Below, piece after piece: positions 60,219 to 64,000 of a stretch of DNA of 64,000 nucleotides. The stretch comes from Squalus acanthias (taxonomy: Eukaryota): assembly GCA_030390025.1 (NCBI GenBank), contig CM059438.1, positions 70,682,001 through 70,746,000 of the forward strand. The letters are read 5' to 3'. Positions within the stretch are counted from its first letter, which is position 1, and the number at the start of each line of letters is the position of its first letter. Both the position numbers and the translations under genes were made by a program. The notes below the pieces were generated by a model. That model worked only from the letters and a program-made list of their open reading frames with translations. It was not told where the DNA came from and ran no database searches.

Positions 60219-62381
60219 AAGGCGCAAGGGCATGCACTCGTAACGGCACGATGGGTAAATATAAAAAGACCAGACGGCCTCAGGTTCACTTGTGAACCTG
60301 TGCGGAATTGCTCAGTCTCAGTTGGAATGATGGTAGGTGGGGGGGGGGCTACAATTGGCCTCAGCAGCTCTGAGGTAAGGAAGAAGACAAACAATCACTC
60401 AAAGTGCCCACTCCTGATTGCTCTCTTCTGCCCCCTACTGAAACTGCATGTATGGCAGCTGAGGACCATGCTCGTCCCTGTAGCACTTCCTCATTTTGGG
60501 AACTCATTATTGAGCGCTTGTGTTGCTTGCGCGCCCCCCTGATTTTTGACCTTGAACGTTGGAGCCTTCTCACTGATCTCAAGTGATATTAATGGCGCGA
60601 TTGCTGAGGATGCCGTTCCCACCACCGCCACGGATTTTTGCACTCGGCCATGCTAGCTGCAAGAAAGAGAGAGGGAGAAGTGCTGATCTCTGTGCACTTT
60701 TCTGGAAAATTATTCTTTTATCCTGTGGTTTTTTTTTCTGTCAGCTTTGTTTGGATAAGGGAAAAGGAGCACAGAAATGTGCACCTGTCACCTACAAAAT
60801 GAATTGTGCAGCCACCATACTATTCTACAACCTCGCATTGGCAGCAACCTAACGCAGCGACTGAGTCCAGGAACAGTCCACCACCCCTTCTTGTGTATTT
60901 GCAGTGCAACTTAACCGCTGTTCATTATAATCGTGCAGGATTAGTGGCGATTGAAGTTAATTTCTGACCTTCTGTGTAACCCACAATCAGGGAAAATAAA
61001 AAAATCTTTGCAATAAGAACGGTCCAATCACTCCAGCCAGGGTTCATTCCCCCGGCTGCAGATGGCTGTGGTTCATGCAGTTACCTGCTACCCTGACTAC
61101 CCCGGTGCCTCAAGACAGCGGGGCACAACCCTCCCAGGCAAGCCGCACCCCCCCCCTCAAAAGTCAAAGAGCAACTTTCATTTTCCAATGTCATTTGAGG
61201 ATTCGAAGAAGAGGGAAAAAAAAAGGTACAAGACGAACAGTGCTGGTGTTGTGCAGTTAGATGAAACAGTTAATCGCACGGTCAGTGAGTCCCAAATGAG
61301 CCCTGCTGTACCCACAGTCAAAAGAATGCCTCTGAAGAGTAGCCCCAGGAGCAGTCGTTTGAAGTTCAGGTTTGTGCAAATGCACGCTTCTACCTTTTGC
61401 ACAATATTTCCTTTCACCGCAGTGGACACATGTACAGCATTGTCATTCATTAGCTCCACACAATATATTGCAAGACCTTCTGGGATTATCTGTCCCCTTG
61501 TATCATCTCTTTCGCCCGCTCCTTGTTTGCTTTGATTTTTTTTCCCCCCTTGCTCTGTCCTGTCTGTAGATGTAATCAGAGCTGAGGGAAAGCGTTGCAC
61601 GATGCCAGGATTCAATAAAGACCCTTTTTGTTTAAACAGTTATATTTCTTTTTTAACTTTTTTTTTTCTCTTGACTCGGGTCTCTGTGGGAAAGGTAGGA
61701 GCTGTAGGCTAAGCTGCTGTTAGTTAATAGGAGTGTGCTGTCTCACTGCGAAACACAGAGAGAGAGAGAGCTCGGCAAAGTCTCTTGCACTGCACACTGA
61801 ATCTGCCTCTAGATTTTCTTGTAATTATCCCCGGCTCCCCCCACCTCCCCACAACCCCCACAAAGAGAATACCAAGAAAATGTCTACACTGACTGAATCT
61901 TGAGTCCTTTTTAGCATTATTGCATGACATTTGCGCTGAACAGGAGATACATTGAACACATTCAGCAGCTGTAGGATTTTTGAGGTTTACCAGTAAACAT
62001 TTTTTTTCTTCTTAAAACTTGCAGGTCCCTAATTAAGCCCCATCTGCAATTGGCAGGCTTGTAGAGGTACACGAAGGGTTTGCGACTGTCTGTTACCCAT
62101 ATGTCTCGGAGAACATGTTAAACAGTCCAGCGAGATTTTACACATACTTCGTCCATCCAAAAAAGTTTTGTTTAGAAGCAGTGCCCATCAGGAAAGAGAC
62201 TGTTTCTTCATGGTGTGTGTTTGATGGTTTGGTATGAAGGCAAAGTAAATCCTTGGAAATTACAGAACAGTGCAAATAAATTGGGATGCTTAAAGAGCAG
62301 TTGCAACCTGACACTGTAGGTACACTGAAGGGATGCTAATTGTTATCAATTTTTGTATGTGAGGAGAGTGGTATATACTGT

Positions 62382-63117
62382 GGCCGGGATTTTCCAGGGC
62401 CCATGACTGCGTACGCACCGTAAGTGCCCCGCAAGTTCCGGGTTTCCGCAGGCGCTGTGCATGCACGAAAACCCGGAACTTGCGATCTGTCAAGTTTCAG
62501 CTTGACAGATCCTCCGCATCCCCGGGAAATGGACATTCGCTGGCGGAGAGTTGCGCTATTTGCCCAACTACTGTCCAGCAAATGCCCGTGAAACTCTTAC
62601 GCCTGGTAAAAGCAGGCCTTCTTGTACCAGCGTAAGAGTTTAAATAAATAAAAAAAATTTTTTTAATTATTTAAACATTAAAAAAACTTTAAAATTAGTT
62701 ATAGGTTATTTTTAGCCCCTTTAAAATTTTTATTTATTTTTCAAAAAATAAAATTTTTGTTTTAAATGTTTAATTTGATTGTATTTTAATTAATTTTGAG
62801 CATGTAATGCCTTATTTTTATTTAACTGGTGTGTAATTTGTGTTTTTTAGGGGATTCCTATTCATGCTTCTGGGGAGTCCGTACGTAACTGGAATCCCCA
62901 TAAGCATAATGGGGATCCCCCTTTTTGATTGGTTGGCTTGGCCCACGTGATCTCAGGGGCATGCGCCCCTGGGATACATGGGCCTTTACGCAGGCGTACG
63001 CGTAGAGGCCCAGGACCGCGAGTCTACGAACCTCCGGGACCATCAGGTAGGTTCGTACTTTTCTTGCGGTTCAAAGGCATTCACCCGTGAGCAGCCTCCG
63101 AACGCAAATTCCGGCCC
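62382..63117. mobile_element. Harbinger-type MITE, family D copy 2
   Basis: TIRs GGCCGGGATTTTC / GCAAATTCCGGCC; AT-rich centre with GC-rich subtermini. Confidence 0.75.
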
Positions 63118-63299
63118 AATATGAGATTGGAACGCTGCTGAGCCCCACCAAGCATTTTGAAGAGTTCTATTGTATTGTTTTGTCTTCGAGGTGATAATGT
63201 AAATAAAGCATAAATGCTGACCATCCTCCTTTTTTAAGTGGATGGTCAGCTTTTCAATGCATGTGTCAGCTTGTCAGCATTTCACAAGAAAAATCAGCT

Positions 63300-63362
63300 A
63301 TAAAAACGCATTGGGACGTTTTACTACCCTGAAGGCGCTATATGAATGCAAGTTGTTGTTGT
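63300..63362 (+). mobile_element. L2-type 3' tail fragment
   Basis: TTGGGACGTTTTACTAC..AAGGCGCTATATGAATGCAAGTTGTTGTTG. Confidence 0.65.
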
Positions 63363-64000
63363 ATTTTCTCCGGGATTGGGTAAACCAATCAGATCAGTCG
63401 GTAAGTATAACTGGAGGCTGCAAGAACCAATCGGATCAGTTAGAGGGCAGAACTGTTGGCCGTTTGAACTAATTTTTCTCCCACTGTTAGTTGCACACAA
63501 ACTTGAGACATCTTAAGATAAGCTGATGGTTTCTGAGAGTCACAGATGTATTTATTTAGCGTTTGCTCCCAAAGAAGTTGTGTATAATATATAAGCTAAT
63601 AAAATGAAGCTTTTAAAAACTATCCCTGACCTTTCTGAGACATACTGTTCGCTTCTAGAGTAGTTGCAATAGCTGTTTTGAGAGATGGAAGATGTTCCCT
63701 GATTTGAATGCATTAACCAGCTTTATTGAACATTGCTGCCACTGACCTGATGGAATTGCCAGAGTTTGGAAATAAAGAAGAGTGGAGTAGAGACGGCGAT
63801 GAGCTTTACTTAATTTGAAGAAATTACACTGAGGTTCCCATAGCTAGGATTTTTCTACAGTTGTACCGTTGTGATGTGTGGTGTGAACCTTTGGAGTTGT
63901 TTCTGCGTGACATTCAGTGCCCGCTCGTGTTCTGTAACTTAGCTGTTTCCACTTTGTTTACGCACACTTTTTTTAATGCCCCACTATTCCTGGGGAGCAA

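Noticed and set aside
61062..61615. Overlapping 157-aa (+) and 145-aa (-) ORFs
   Set aside because: No recognisable domain and they cross homopolymer runs; consistent with chance ORFs.

Overview
Repeat-dense eukaryotic DNA, most likely from a cartilaginous fish (shark-like). This is inferred from the CR1 3' stem-loop/(TTCTTATG)n tails, Deu-domain SINEs and the repeat mix. No recognisable host protein-coding exon was found, so the window looks like a large intron or intergenic region. It holds two long CR1 LINEs (one with an SGNH-esterase ORF1 and a nearly intact APE+RT ORF2) and fragments of L2, RTE, Tx1 and other LINEs. It also holds several tRNA-derived SINE families, PIF/Harbinger transposase and Myb/SANT remnants, many Harbinger-type MITEs, and four Penelope-like element (PLE) insertions from two families, three of them with clear 11-14 bp TSDs. 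The most notable signal is a set of six minimal hammerhead-ribozyme motifs in the PLE 3' repeats. The two families have different stem sequences that both keep the pairing, plus a loop-less palindromic stem III of the dimer-cleaving type. Other points of interest are fold-back PLE architectures, a duplicated A>G-skewed CR1 3' end, splice-site-loaded MITEs, a telomere-like 24-mer array and candidate micro-exons. All calls come from manual reading; no database searches were run.
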